DNA of 64,000 bases from Felis catus. Its lineage: Eukaryota. Positions 51,643 to 63,760 of this stretch are shown piece after piece. A program made the translations under genes and the position numbers. Below the pieces are notes generated by a model. The model was not told the DNA's origin, made no database searches, and was given only the letters and a program-made list of their open reading frames with translations. The stretch covers positions 61,754,001 through 61,818,000 of the forward strand of contig NC_058368.1 of assembly GCF_018350175.1 (NCBI RefSeq), given 5' to 3'. How positions within the stretch are numbered: the stretch's first letter is position 1; every line of letters begins with the position of its first letter.

Positions 51643-53082
51643 AGTTATTCTCTTTTCTAACTTACAGGGAACATCTCTTCTAGTTCCCCTCAGAACAACA
51701 GTCCCACCCCTATTGCCCATGAATATCACTTACTGTTGGAGTGGGAGGGTCCCTGCAGTTGCCTTGCTATTATATGGGGGGCTACCTGTAGGGGTCTACC
51801 AGATGCCTGGTGGCTGCAAGCCTAGCCTCTGGCGAAGTGAAGCTCATTGATAAAAAACAGGTCCACTATGTATCAGCTCCCCTACAACTTCCTGACCCAC
51901 CAGATTTTTTCTCTCCACTCTGATTCACTCTTCAAATGACTCCTCTTCTTTCCTCAAATTAAGTCATATTCAGTGTGAGGGACAAAACATTTTTGCAAGA
52001 ATATAAATATTTCTCTCTCAAAAATGCAGTTGGCAGTTTCTTTCTTTGAAACCTAGATCTGGTATGTAAGTGTGGGTTAGGACAGGAAGATACATCAGGA
52101 CTGGAGCTGTAGTAAGAGTAGAGAGCAAGAAGAAAACAGAACAGGCAATCACAGACTGATTCTTCAAGATATAACTCTGCAACTTTATTCCTATATGAAT
52201 TTAGCCATCCTTTATATAATGCATTCATATCAACTTTGAAAAACCAAGCTGTATATAGGTCAGGGCTATTATTAGTGTCATTATTGATGTCATGGGGTCT
52301 ATCTAATAAGTAGCGTCATGATGTTGATGTTCCCAGGGTGTCTGGGTAAGCATTCATTAGTTCCCACTAGTGCCATCTCACACTGATTTTTCTTCTTTGG
52401 CTTTGACGACCTAGGGTCACCTTAAGGGAATGTGCCCTTTGTGGCTCAACAGTCATTAGTGTAAACAGGTAATTTTTAAAAGAGTCCATGCTGATGAAAT
52501 GATTAGGTTTGCAAAGTGGGGAAGACCATTATGTATGCAGGAAGTGCAGGGATCGTATGGTTCACAGTAAGTCATTTTGTAGTGATTATGTTGCCTCTGA
52601 GTCTCTGCTGAGTAACATTAGTATAGAATTCTAATGAAAACAAAACACAAAATAAATGATGCAAAAGTTTCATGAAAGATCTACTTATCTTTGCTATAAT
52701 TTTCTTACACGCAATACCATCAACCATCTTCAAAAGGTATTAAATGACCATCAAGTGTGTATGCAGTGATATGCTGAAATAAAAAACACTTGGTCCATAA
52801 GGGATTTGGCACTGATGTTTACCAAAGCCTACTTTCATTTTATAACATACTGGTTGTAACATAAAATAAATACATTTTTATGTATAAAATTCATAATTAC
52901 ATAATTATATGGAGTTATAAAAACTTACATACACATACAAAAACATAACTTGGTCTTTTTTTTTCAAATTTTTTTTCCTGAAAATGCATATGTATGTGCA
53001 CACACTCCTATTTGCATTAGAGAGTTTTTATAATCCTATCTTGAATTTCATCATGCTTTTTTTCCCCAAAAATAACATTTTA

Positions 53083-53280
53083 GGGAGAGGCTGGGTGGCT
53101 CAGTTGGTTAAGCATCGGACTCTTAATTTCTGCTCAGGTCATGATCTCACAGTTCATGGGATTGAGTCCTGTGTTGGGCTCTGTGCTGATAGTGTGAAGC
53201 CTGCTTGGGATTCTCCCTCTCCCTCTCTCTCTGCCCCACCTCCCCCTCTCTCTCAGAATAAACAAATAAACTTAAAAAAA
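53083..53280 (+). mobile_element. CanSINE
   Basis: ctgggtggctcagttggttaagc head, CT tract and tail. Confidence 0.93.
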
Positions 53281-54049
53281 TATTTTAATATGTCACATAT
53301 AAATACATATCAAGAGTTAATCTAAATAAACTGTGTTCCATGCTTGAAATGTTTTTATTTTTGAATGACGTGTTGAACAAACATCTTAGCAAGTACATAA
53401 AAAAATACTAAAATTTCCAGGAGAACGGCTATCTATATCTCATGAATAACTGTGAATCATCTTTGTCTAGAGAATATCCACTCAGCACTAATTATATACG
53501 ATATATAAGATGACAAATCTATCAATAATACATCAATAATAATTTGCATGCTGATTACATTAAACTACAAAATTCATAAAGGCTTCACTCTAGGTAAGGA
53601 GTTTGTGGCTAGAATGAATAAAACATCATGAATGTTGGTATCATAAATATGTATTAATTGAATGACTGGTGTTACTTGTGCGTAATTTTGCTTCCTCAAC
53701 TCCTGTTTGTGTTGCAGTCATTTACAGAAGAGACCAATCACTTCTGTCTTATTTTATGGCACATTAGGCTTTTTTTTTGGACACTCCTTGGACACTGTCT
53801 TTCCCTCTGTCTGCTCTAACACACTTTGCTTCTATATAAAACTTAACAATGATGAGATCTATTCAGAAGGCTTCTTCCTTTACGAAGATTTCAGCCAAAT
53901 GTCAGAGACCCTCTCAATGTCCTAGAATCCTTGAAAAACAAAACAAAACATCAACAAAATTCATAAGTATTTTCTGGGGAAGATTTTACTCAAAAATGTA
54001 ATGGACAAAATCACCATATAATTTTACCTGTATAAGAAATAGGGATCTA

Positions 54050-54272
54050 GGGGCGCCTGGGTGGCGCAGTCGGTTAAGCGTCCGACTTCAGCCAGGTCAC
54101 GATCTCACGGTCCGTGAGTTCGAGCCCCGCGTCAGGCTCTGGGCTGATGGCTCGGAGCCTGGAGCCTGTTTCCGATTCTGTGTCTCCCTCTCTCTCTGCC
54201 CCTCCCCTGTTCATGCTCTGTCTCTCTCTGTCCCAAAAATAAATAAATGTTGAAAAAAAAATTAAAAACAAA
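54050..54272 (+). mobile_element. CanSINE, young SINEC_Fc type
   Basis: Perfect 16-bp TSD aagaaatagggatcta. Intact A and B boxes. Confidence 0.98.
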
Positions 54273-54299
54273 AAGAAATAGGGATCTACACTTTCTAAA

Positions 54300-54596
54300 C
54301 AGAGAAAGACAAATATTTTATCTTCCTATTTATATGTGGAATTTTAAAAAGCCGAACTCCTAGAAATAGAGGGTAGAATGGTGGTTACCAGGTTGAGGGG
54401 TGGGAAATCTTGATCCCAAAGGTTCAAAACCCCAGCTAGAGGATGAATACCTTCTGAGGATCAAATTTACAACATGGTGACTATAATTAACAATATTGTA
54501 TTATATACTTGAAAGTTGTTAAGAGAGTAGATCCCAAATGCTGTCACCACAAAAAATGGTAACCATGTGAGGGGATGGAGGTGTTAACTAACCCAT
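54300..54596 (+). mobile_element. L1MA9-like 3' region, truncated at a poly(T) insert
   Basis: agaaagacaaata...gtagaatggtggttacca...catggtgactata...gagagtagat...ggtgttaactaacc. Confidence 0.88.
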
Positions 54597-55050
54597 GTTT
54601 TTTTTTTGTTTTGTTTTGTTTTTTTGTTTTTTTTTTTGTTTTTTTTAATCAGGCTTTTCCTTTCATGTTATAATCAGATGCTTTTTTTTGGACAGGTCCC
54701 AGATCTTCTGTTTCAGCTTCCTCTCCCTCATTGTTCTCTTTTTCCCTTCTACCATACAAAAGTCAACACATGAAATCTATAATTAAAACATCCCTAAAGG
54801 AGCTCTGACCAACTTTATTCAAAAGTATTTCAACCTGAAGAGATCCTGAGCTGTGCCTTCCCCCAGGAATCAGAGGGGATGGGAAGGAGGGGAAAAGAGA
54901 AGCAATTCTTTAAAATGGTAATTGTGGCTTAGCTTATTTCATACCAACATTTACATAGGAATCCAAGTGTATACCTGAAGAAAAATATCTAGTTTTAAAT
55001 GCACTGGAGAGCTAACAAGGCAGACAAAGATGCCAGGGAAAATAAAAGCC
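54597..55050 (-). pseudogene. Candidate poly(A)-tailed retrocopy or transduced fragment of unknown source
   Basis: About 50-nt T tract followed by about 400 bp of non-repeat sequence that interrupts an L1. Right boundary uncertain. Confidence 0.45.
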
Positions 55051-55089
55051 ATTTGACAATAGATTAATACTTCGGTGCTTTAGAGACTA

Positions 55090-55990
55090 AAAAGAGATGC
55101 TATTCAAATGGACAATAAATACATGAATAGGTTCCCAACCTCACTAGTCATCAGTGAAGTAAAATTTCAACCCAAAATACATTACAGCCATATACACATG
55201 GCAAATGCTACAATAACAATGACCACGAGTGCCTGGGTGGCTCAGCTGGTTAAATGTCTGACTACTGGTTTCAGCTCAGGTCATGATCTCATAGTTTTCT
55301 TGGCTTTGAGCCCTGGTTCAGGTTCTGCCCTGGCATAGCGGTTCCTGCTTGGGATTCCCTCTCTCCCTCTCTCTTTGCCCCTCCCCCACTGTCTGTGTCT
55401 CTCTCAAAATACATAACTTAAATAATAATAATAATAATAAAAGACCAATAATAGCAAGGTTGGTATGGGGGTAGAGCAATTCAAAGTCATACATTGCTGT
55501 CAGGATGGTAAATTGGTACAGCTACTTCAGAAAACTGCTTGGCAGTATTCACCAAAATTGTATATATGTATATCCCTGCAATACACTTCTTAAAGTTACT
55601 GACAAACATGTATATCAGTGTACAAGAAATAACATGTCTAAGAATGTTTATATCATCACTAATTATAATAGTCTCAAATTAGAAACAACCCAAGTGACTA
55701 TTAGTATAAGAATGACTACATAAAGCAAGGTAAAGTTATACAATGGAGTAAAACTTAGCAGTGAAAAATAAAGTTCTGCTGCACAGAACATTGATGGCTC
55801 TTACTCTTATTATGAAAATAGTAAAAATAAAAGATAAAATTATTATAAATTATGATGTTTATCTTATGTATAAAATACCGTGAAATATAATGTAATATGT
55901 ATTGTTTTATAATTAAAGATAGCGATTTCTACTGCAGAAGAATTATAGAGACTGGAAAAGCCCGTGACCAGGCTGGTGGGATGCTGGCTA
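55090..55990 (+). mobile_element. Ancient L1 (L1ME-like) 3' region
   Basis: caacctcactagtcatcag...catacattgctg...gtaaattggtacagctactt...gaaacaacccaagtg. Confidence 0.8.
55226..55440 (+). mobile_element. CanSINE
   Basis: gtgcctgggtggctcag head and (AAT)n tail. Confidence 0.92.
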
Positions 55991-56124
55991 TGTCACAACA
56001 TATTGTCAAGTGATCAATCCAAAACCTTGTTTTATGTGTGTTATCTGTTCAAAGGCACCTTATTGAAGCTATACTTTCAATTCATTGACATTGAGCTCAT
56101 GTTAGTAGTACTATAACTCATCGT

Positions 56125-56346
56125 TTCTTAAAAAGTTGATTTCTTTATTTTGAGAAAGAGCATTAGCAGGGATAGGACAGAGAGAGACAGAGAGACAGAG
56201 ACAGAGAATCCCAAGTAGGCTCTATGCTGTCAGTGTGGAGTCTGATGTCAGGGCTCAAATGGGCTCAAACTCATCAACTGTGAGATCATGACCTGAGCTG
56301 AAATCAAGACTCCGATGCTTAACTGACTTAGCCACCCAGGTGCCCC
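56125..56346 (-). mobile_element. CanSINE
   Basis: TSD tataactcat/tataattcat. Confidence 0.93.
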
Positions 56347-56573
56347 TATAATTCATTAATTTTAATTAAGTTTACCTAACACAACTCTTTTCTCTATAAG
56401 GGATATCATAGCCCTCTTGTGTTCAGCAATCCCAGAAAGCACTTCAGCACTATGCTAGGAAACCATTTTAAGCATTGAACACTATTTAACAGAATAACCA
56501 GCAAAAAGCACAAAAATGTGAAAGGCATGGCGTGAAAAAGGAAGCAAAAATGACACTTAAAACATGAGAGCTA

Positions 56574-56790
56574 GGGGCACCTGGGTGGCTTAGTCGGTTG
56601 AGCGTCTGACTCTTGATTTTGGCTCAGGTTATGATGTCACATTTCATGAGTTGAATCCGAGCTCTATGTCGACAGCATGGAGCCTGCTTTGGAGTCTCTT
56701 TCCCTCTCTGTCTGTCCCTCACCTGCTCATTCTCTCTCTTTCTCAAAATAAGTGAATAGACTTAAAAAAAAAGAAAGATAAATTAAAAAA
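56574..56790 (+). mobile_element. CanSINE
   Basis: ggggcacctgggtggcttagtcgg head. Confidence 0.93.
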
Positions 56791-57389
56791 GGCAGAGTGT
56801 GACATTGTTGGACCTCAGCTGGGAAAGTGCGCTTGAGTGACCCCAGTTTTTGCTGCCAATCAATTGTTTGAGAATGGCCTTCAGAGAACTTTTGGTATTA
56901 GTATTGGTTGGGCGGCTACAAATCAATTGTAGTCAGTAGTGAATTTCCTAATACAGAGTCCATGAGTAATGAAGATAGAATCTGTGCATGTGTGGGTATC
57001 TAAATATATTTGCACACACATTTTTTTTTTCTGATTGTATACATGAGGTTGTTTCCCGATTGTGAACATCTTCTAACAAGCTTAACTGGCACTTTTCATT
57101 CTGATGTAGAGCAGATTCTAGCTGTTTCTCATCAATCGCACCCTGGAAAGGGATGACTAAATTCAGATTAGTTCATTTTCTTACTTCCTTGAGACCTGGA
57201 GGCAAGAATTTGGGCATCTAAGCACTCTTAACCAGCAGGAATTTCTGTGGTGTTAGTTTCTATACTAATTCCTGGGTCACAAAGGTTTTTTTTTTTTTTC
57301 CCCCTCATTCTAAAACTTAAAATTCTCTTCCTCAAACAGGGCCCTTGCAGAAGCCCTAAGTACGGTTACTTATGCGTGTAGACATCTTA

Positions 57390-57970
57390 TGTCACTTAAT
57401 AAGCTCCTGGCACGGCCCTGCGTAGCAGCGCCAGCCGCCCTCCCTGCCGCGCGCCCCCTGGGGTTCTGGTTGAGGCCAAGCAGCATCGATGGATATCTGG
57501 AGGGGGCGGGAGATGGCTCAGCAGTGTCTCGGCCCGACTTTGGCCGAGGCCTGGGTATTAAATCTGTGAAGAAAAGCTACTGCTTGGTGCTTCCGAGGGG
57601 CTGTGGTGTTAAGTGGCCCCCGCTTCGTTTCCTGGGGGGGCGTCGTTGAAAGGCCCGGAAGTCTTAGCGCCCCAGGGTCGGGGACCCACGGGGGAACCCA
57701 GTGTGGCCCCTGGCGCCCAGGCCGCCCCCGCGCCCCGCTCCCGCCCGGCCGCGGCCCAGTTACCCGACGGAGAGAGGAAGTCGTGGCGACAGCGGGAGAG
57801 AGTGCACGTCAGCCGCGGTGGCTGAGAGAGCTTTAATGGGGGTGCGGGATAGCGGGGACGGGGAGGAAGCAGGTGGAGACACAAGCGCAGGGACCCTTGC
57901 CTCGCACTCACGCCACCAGCGTCGTGAAAGGGTCTGGGAATCGTGGGACCCGGGGGGAGGGGGGCGCGGA
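57390..57970. promoter_or_regulatory. CpG island, probable (bidirectional) promoter
   Basis: Abrupt GC- and CpG-rich island outside any repeat. ETS sites ccggaagt (about 57655) and aggaagt (57775), GC boxes, CRE/E-box-like gcacgtca (57804) and CTCF-like gcgccccctgg (57451). Confidence 0.88.
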
Positions 57971-60205
57971 CCCAAGATTATATCACTGTTCCTTATTGCT
58001 TCTGTTTTTGACCACAATATGGTGTCAAGTCACGTTTTATCTACCTGATCACTTTAGTTGCATGGAGTTCTCAGATTTAACCATCCACCGACAACAAGGG
58101 CTGGAACTAATCTCTGAAAATTTACCCCTTTCTTTGTGTACAGTCTCTTCTAAAAAAAAAAAAAAAGACTATGCTATTCAGGGCCTTTTCCCTTCTTACT
58201 TTCCATGTTGGTGTTGGCAAAGTTAGATTTGTTCTCTGTGCTGATGGCCTCTAATAGGTCAAGGAAAAGGTAAGAATTTTCCCAACAAGTTTGATAACCA
58301 ATCATCAATTAATCTTTAGGGTTAAGTTTTTACAAGTAAATCTTAAAAAAGAAAGTATGTTACATTCTAGTTTGTTATTTTGTTTTGTTTCTGGGTTTTT
58401 TTTGTTTGTTTGTTTGTTTTGGTTTTGTTGCTTAATGATGCTATAAAAACATAATTATGTAGCCTTCAAGTGAGTCCACCTGTAAACTGGTCCTTAACTG
58501 GCCCAGTCCTCATAGATGATACCTTTTTGAAGTTTGTTTCCTATTTTTACGCACATTTTACTTTCTAAATCTACCAAATACACCAGTGCTTTCCAATAAG
58601 CCTTGGTCAGGGGTGGGTGACTCTTTTCACAGAGGATAGCTAACCAGAGACACTTTCTTTCTTTCTTCGATATCATTGACTATACAAGATGCTACTTTGG
58701 AAATAGCTTTGTCATCTGAGAGACTTGTTGCATATGTGACACTTTGATCACCAGGACATGTGGCTTAAGGATGGGAATTCAGGTTGGAATGAAAAAAGGG
58801 AAGAAGGCCCTGAGGGAGAAATACAGAGGTATTACCACTCTGGCCAATTGTTGAGGTGCCCCAGGACACAGGCCCCATCCTCTTAATATCTGCTTCCCTG
58901 TCATCACTGAAATGATGGAATGTTGAAGACATGCCTTGCAGGATACCCAGCTGTGAGAAAGGAACAGTGGTCAGGACATTGGTCCTTGCTTGGCTTGGGA
59001 TCTCTGACTCTGAAACCTTGGTGCCCCCCCGACCCCGCCTTGCCTGATGCCAGTCCGATGTAACCTACTGACCTCTGCATTAACCCAGGAGTATCTTGCT
59101 TGTATCTGTGTATTTAACTGGGAACTTGCTCACTATTATAAACTGAATAGAATGTTTATAAATATAAAAAATTAAAATTAAAATACCACCAAACAACTGA
59201 ATGATTTCAACTGAATTCATTTTAGTGTCTATTTATGAGACATTTGTGTTTTCTTTCTCTCTAAATTTGCATTGAAAAACCCCGCCCAAGCTATTTGAAC
59301 ATTCAATGCATTTACTTCATAAAAATTCAGTAGTAAGACCAAGTCTTTAGGAACATTTTCCTTCCTCAAGACACTTAGCAGATTTTTTCCTACTCCTGCA
59401 TTTGTTTGGATGACTGAAAACTCAACTTACCATTTCTACAATAATATTTTTAAAATAACTCCCCACATCTCATGTTACTATTCTTTGGGATGGTTTTCTG
59501 AAGGAAGAATTGGCCTAAAGCATAATGAATGGATAGTTTTCACCTAACATTTGTGGAATCCACAGTAATATTCAATGTATGTTATATCCAGAAGTTTTAA
59601 AAGTTGTCTATCAGTTTACTTTACACCACAAGTTTGTTTAACTGTCTTTAATCACATGTTTCTTAAGTTCTTTTACTTTCATATACTACACAAAATTATT
59701 CTAAAGCATCTCATTTTTTACATTCTTGTTCTGGGCCACATATTGTCTTTGGTTGTTCTCTTAACTCTTTGCCCAATGTCGATTTCCACAGATCTTTGGA
59801 GCAATTTATATCTCAATGAAGTATAATTGGAGTTTTATGACCATTAGTTATGTAAAGAAGTCAACCAAGATAGCTGGAACCTGCGTCCATAACTGCAACC
59901 GTGTTCTGTCCCTCAGATCTCTAGAAGACCATTGCTCTGGAGTAAAGTGACTCTCTCTATCATGCATTGACTGACCGCCAGTCATGTCTTATGTCTAATG
60001 TCTCACTATAAAATGTCATTTTTTTAGAGCAGTATTTTCTGAATTCCCCACTGAATCAGTCTTTTTCATTATTTTCTCTCTTATCACTTTACTTTATGCA
60101 TTTAACACCACTGAAAAAGAAAAAAAGCAAGAAAGAGGTTTTTTTATATATTGGTATCCGCACTTGGGTAAAAACTTCATAAAGGCAGATATTTTATTCA
60201 CCATG

Positions 60206-60558
60206 TGCCTTAGTCTGTTCAGTCTGCAATAACAAAATGCCACAGACTGAGTGGTTTATAAACAATAGAAATTTGTTTCTCAGAATTCTGAAGACTGGGA
60301 AGTCCAAGATCAAGGTGATAGCAGAGTTGGTGTCTGATTAGAGCCAGCTTTCTTGTTTGCAGAAAGCTTCTTATGGTGTCCTCATCTGGCAGAAGTGATG
60401 TAGACTTCTCTGGGGCTCTTTTATAAGGGAGGTTCTTCTCATGGGGGCCCCACCCTCATGACACAATCACCTCCCACAGACCCTACCTCCTAATATAACC
60501 ACATTAGAGATTAGGTTTCAACATACAAATTTTAGGGGAACATATTCATTCCATAGCA
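60206..60558 (-). mobile_element. MaLR LTR, MLT1A-like, inserted in L2
   Basis: ccttagtctgttcag...gactgggaagtccaagatcaaggtg...ccaccctcatga...ccatagca. Confidence 0.92.
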
Positions 60559-60876
60559 TTTTGTGTACAGTTTTCTTCACTGTGGTGTACCTGTGTCCAA
60601 CACAGAACCTGCCCAGTGCACGACATTCAAAGACTATTGCCTCAAAGAATTTAGAAACATAGTTTTGGTGAAATAACTATAGATGTCCACAGGACAGTCA
60701 CCTCTAAGCTGTTCATACTCTCTTTCACTCACAGCCTCACCTGCCCCCTCCAGTGAGTTTCCAAGGCACCACAGTACAGAATACACTACTAGCATCCATA
60801 ATTTCATATCTACAGTGTTTTCAAAGTCTCCAGGTGAGTACAGGCTCCCATGGAGGAAACAAGGTATGTTGCTGTA

Positions 60877-60906
60877 TGTGTGTGTGTGTGTGCGCGCATG
60901 CGCGCA

Positions 60907-60943
<37 letters not shown>
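60877..60943. repeat. (TG)n microsatellite with a CG/CATG core
   Basis: Continuous alternating purine-pyrimidine run. Confidence 0.97.
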
Positions 60944-60945
<2 letters not shown>

Positions 60946-61329
60946 TGTGCAGGTATTATTTAGCTGTAAGTGGTGTAGTGAATGAGCCAGGCAAACAACA
61001 CTGTATCCAGAGCCTAGTTCCTCACCAGTTGTCAAAAGACACAATTAAATAAGAGTGAGACTTGCAGAAAGAAACATTTTTGTCTTCTTATATAAACTAG
61101 AATAGGATTAGCTGTCTTTCAGCAAAAGCATTTGGAAGCTAAGATGTAGGCTTCCAAGGATGAAATGATTCTTTGTGACAAAAACTGCTTCATTCAGCCC
61201 TGTCCAGGTCAACTCTATTCCCCAAAAGACAGATGGAGAGACAGAAATTACCCCACATGGACCTCCTTAGCTTTCACAAGCTGCATTGGCCTCACCTAGT
61301 GGGTGAAAGTCTGCCATGTTTTTGTGTCT

Positions 61330-61534
61330 CTTGGTTTGTTTTAGAGAAAGAGAGAGAGAAAGAGAAAAGGAGGGAGGAGGGGAGAAGCCGAGAGAGAAGG
61401 AGAGCAGAATCCCAAGCAGGCCCTGTGCTGTCATGACAGAGCCTTATGCTTGACTCAAACCCACGAACTGTGAGATCATGACCTGAACTGAAACCGAGTG
61501 GGACCCCAAACTGACTGAGCTACCCAGGCACCCC
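61330..61534 (-). mobile_element. CanSINE
   Basis: gagatcatgacctgaactg...cccaggcacccc. Confidence 0.9.
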
Positions 61535-61667
61535 AAATCTGATGTATTTCATGCTGTTGATCTTGGAGAAGGTTGATTTCACCCTCTCAGATTTTAAATA
61601 CATCTCCACCTAGGACATCTCATCAATGGTGTGGAAGTTAGGACTGAGTTTGTATTCTGCATTCTTT

Positions 61668-61891
61668 TTTTTTTTTCTTCAAAATTTTAACGTTTATTTA
61701 TTTTTGAGACAGAGAGAGACAGAGCATGAACAGGGGAGGGGCAGAGAGAGAGGGAGACACAGAATCTGAAACAGGCTCCAGGCTCTGAGCGGTCAGCACA
61801 GAGCCCGACGCGGGGCTCGAACTCACGGACCGTGAGATCATGACCTGAGCCGAAGTCGGATGCTTAACCGACCGAGCCACCCAGGCACCCC
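61668..61891 (-). mobile_element. CanSINE, young
   Basis: Perfect TSD tgtattctgcattcttt. CpGs retained. Confidence 0.97.
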
Positions 61892-62915
61892 ATGTATTCT
61901 GCATTCTTTATGGTTCCTAATTTCAACTGGTGTCTGACTCTGTGAATTCCTCTACTTTGGTAGAGGGATTAGGAGAAGGAAAAGAGTCTGCCTGGGCCCA
62001 TCCCCTTAGTATCCTCTCTCTTTTAGATCCAGCTGCTGCAGATAAAGTGGAATATATTAGCTTGCTCTTTGTGTCAAGTTTACCATGGCAACTCACCCTC
62101 ACAAAGCACTTTGCATATCTGGCTTTGTCAGTGACCCTTTGAGAGAATGTGTCACACTAAAAAAATACATTAGCCAGCTCATTGGCTCCAAACCCAAAGC
62201 TGTGTCTCCAATCTGCTTGGTCAGTATTAAAGGATGTCTTCTCTTTCCATGTATTTGCTTCCCGTGCTTTTTTTTTTTTTTTTTCTGAAGTTAGTGGTGA
62301 ATGACAGAGAGAATATAAGGGGTGCTATATTGGCCATTCAGAACTGTGTACAAAGCAAGGAGAATAAAAAAAAATGCAGAGGTATAATAGCCTTGGAATT
62401 CAAATAGAATATAATAAGGAAGGTTACCATCGAGTAGGGGATTAAAACATGAGTCTATTTTCACCAGACAAAAAAAAAAAAAAAGCAAGTGGGGAGTAAT
62501 GAACAAAAGGTAGAAGCAACAATGAAATAATCTTCCATGTTCTGAGAACCAAAGTCAATTTACTTATGGCAGAAGTCTGGATTTCAAGATAATGAGAAAA
62601 GCAATTTAATGGGAAAGGCAGACAATGCGCAATGACATCTGATACTTGGAAACACTGATGTTATTATTATATTATAAACCTTATAGCAAATATCAAATGT
62701 GTTATAAAGACAGGTATTAAAAGCTTCTGGACCCTTTAGTCAAGTGCTAGCCTTGAGGCATTGTTGAATAAGATTTTTTTCTCCATGTTTTCCACCCTTT
62801 TATTGCAGTAAATGGATTTCATTTCATTCATCAAAAATACCTTGTTAATAAATACAAGGGAACAAGGGACAAGGATTGAAGTCCACTGGTGTAGGAAGTA
62901 AAAGCATAGTTTTGA

Positions 62916-63311
62916 GTTTATTTGTTAAATGCTTATTTTACTTTTGATTTTTTAACATTTATTTATTTTAAGAGAGAGAGATTGAGCAGGAGAGAGGCAG
63001 AGAGAGAGGCAGAAGAGAGAATTCCAAGCAGGCCCTGCACTGTCAGCGTGGAGCCTGATGCAGGGCTCCAGCTCCCGAACTGCGAGATCATGGCCTGAGC
63101 TGAAACCAAGAGTCGGATTCTAAACCGTCTGAGCCCCTGGTCATTTTATTTTTGAGGGGAGGATGGGCAAAGAGAGAGGGGGACAGAGGATCTGAAAGCA
63201 GACTCTGTGCTGACAGCAGCAAGCCCTGTGAGGGGCTCAATCCCAGTAATCATGGGATCATGACCTGACCCGAAGTCCGATACTCAACTGACTGAACCAC
63301 CCAGGCACCCC
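62916..63311 (-). mobile_element. Two CanSINEs, one (about 62945-63140) nested in the tail of the other
   Basis: Outer TSD taaaagcatagtttt/taaaagtatagtttt enclosing two SINE bodies. Confidence 0.9.
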
Positions 63312-63526
63312 TAAAAGTATAGTTTTAAAAGAAGAAATGATGGTTGAAAAATCTATAAAGTCTCTGTCTTTTGTTGTTGTTTATTTGTTTTCCCTGTTAA
63401 ACATATTAAAAAATTAGTGGTACTAACCTAAGGAAGGTGTAAGTGAATTGGTACCCGTTGTTCTAGACAGGTAGATTAAGATGTTCTGAGAAAGAGGTTC
63501 ACAATTTTATTTAAAAGACAAAAGGT

Positions 63527-63692
63527 GGGGCGCCTGGGTGGCTCAGGTGGTTACACATCTGACTTCAGCTCAGGACATGATCTTGCATTTGTGGGTTCAA
63601 GTCCTGCATCCAGTTCTGTGCTGACAGCTCAGAGCCTGGAGCCTGCTTCAGATTCTGTGTCTCCTCCTCTCTCTGCCCCTTCCCTTCTCATG

Positions 63693-63723
<31 letters not shown>

Positions 63724-63760
63724 AAATAAACATTAAAAAATTTTAAAAAAATAAATAAAA
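63527..63760 (+). mobile_element. CanSINE
   Basis: TSD acaaaaggt and full structure. Confidence 0.95.

Larger units (their letters stand above)
56005..56985 (-). mobile_element. TcMar-Tigger MER82-like element split by two CanSINEs
   Basis: aaccttgttttatgtgtg, agcacttcagcactatgct, caaaaagcacaaaaatg and gacctcagctgggaa match antisense MER82. Confidence 0.88.

Noticed and set aside
57389..58226. Several overlapping Pro/Arg/Gly-rich ORFs at the CpG island
   Set aside because: Expected from stop-codon scarcity in GC-rich DNA. None resembles a protein I recognise, so no gene symbol is assigned.
60634..61052. 100-136 aa ORFs with CV/HT repeats
   Set aside because: Produced by the (TG)n microsatellite.
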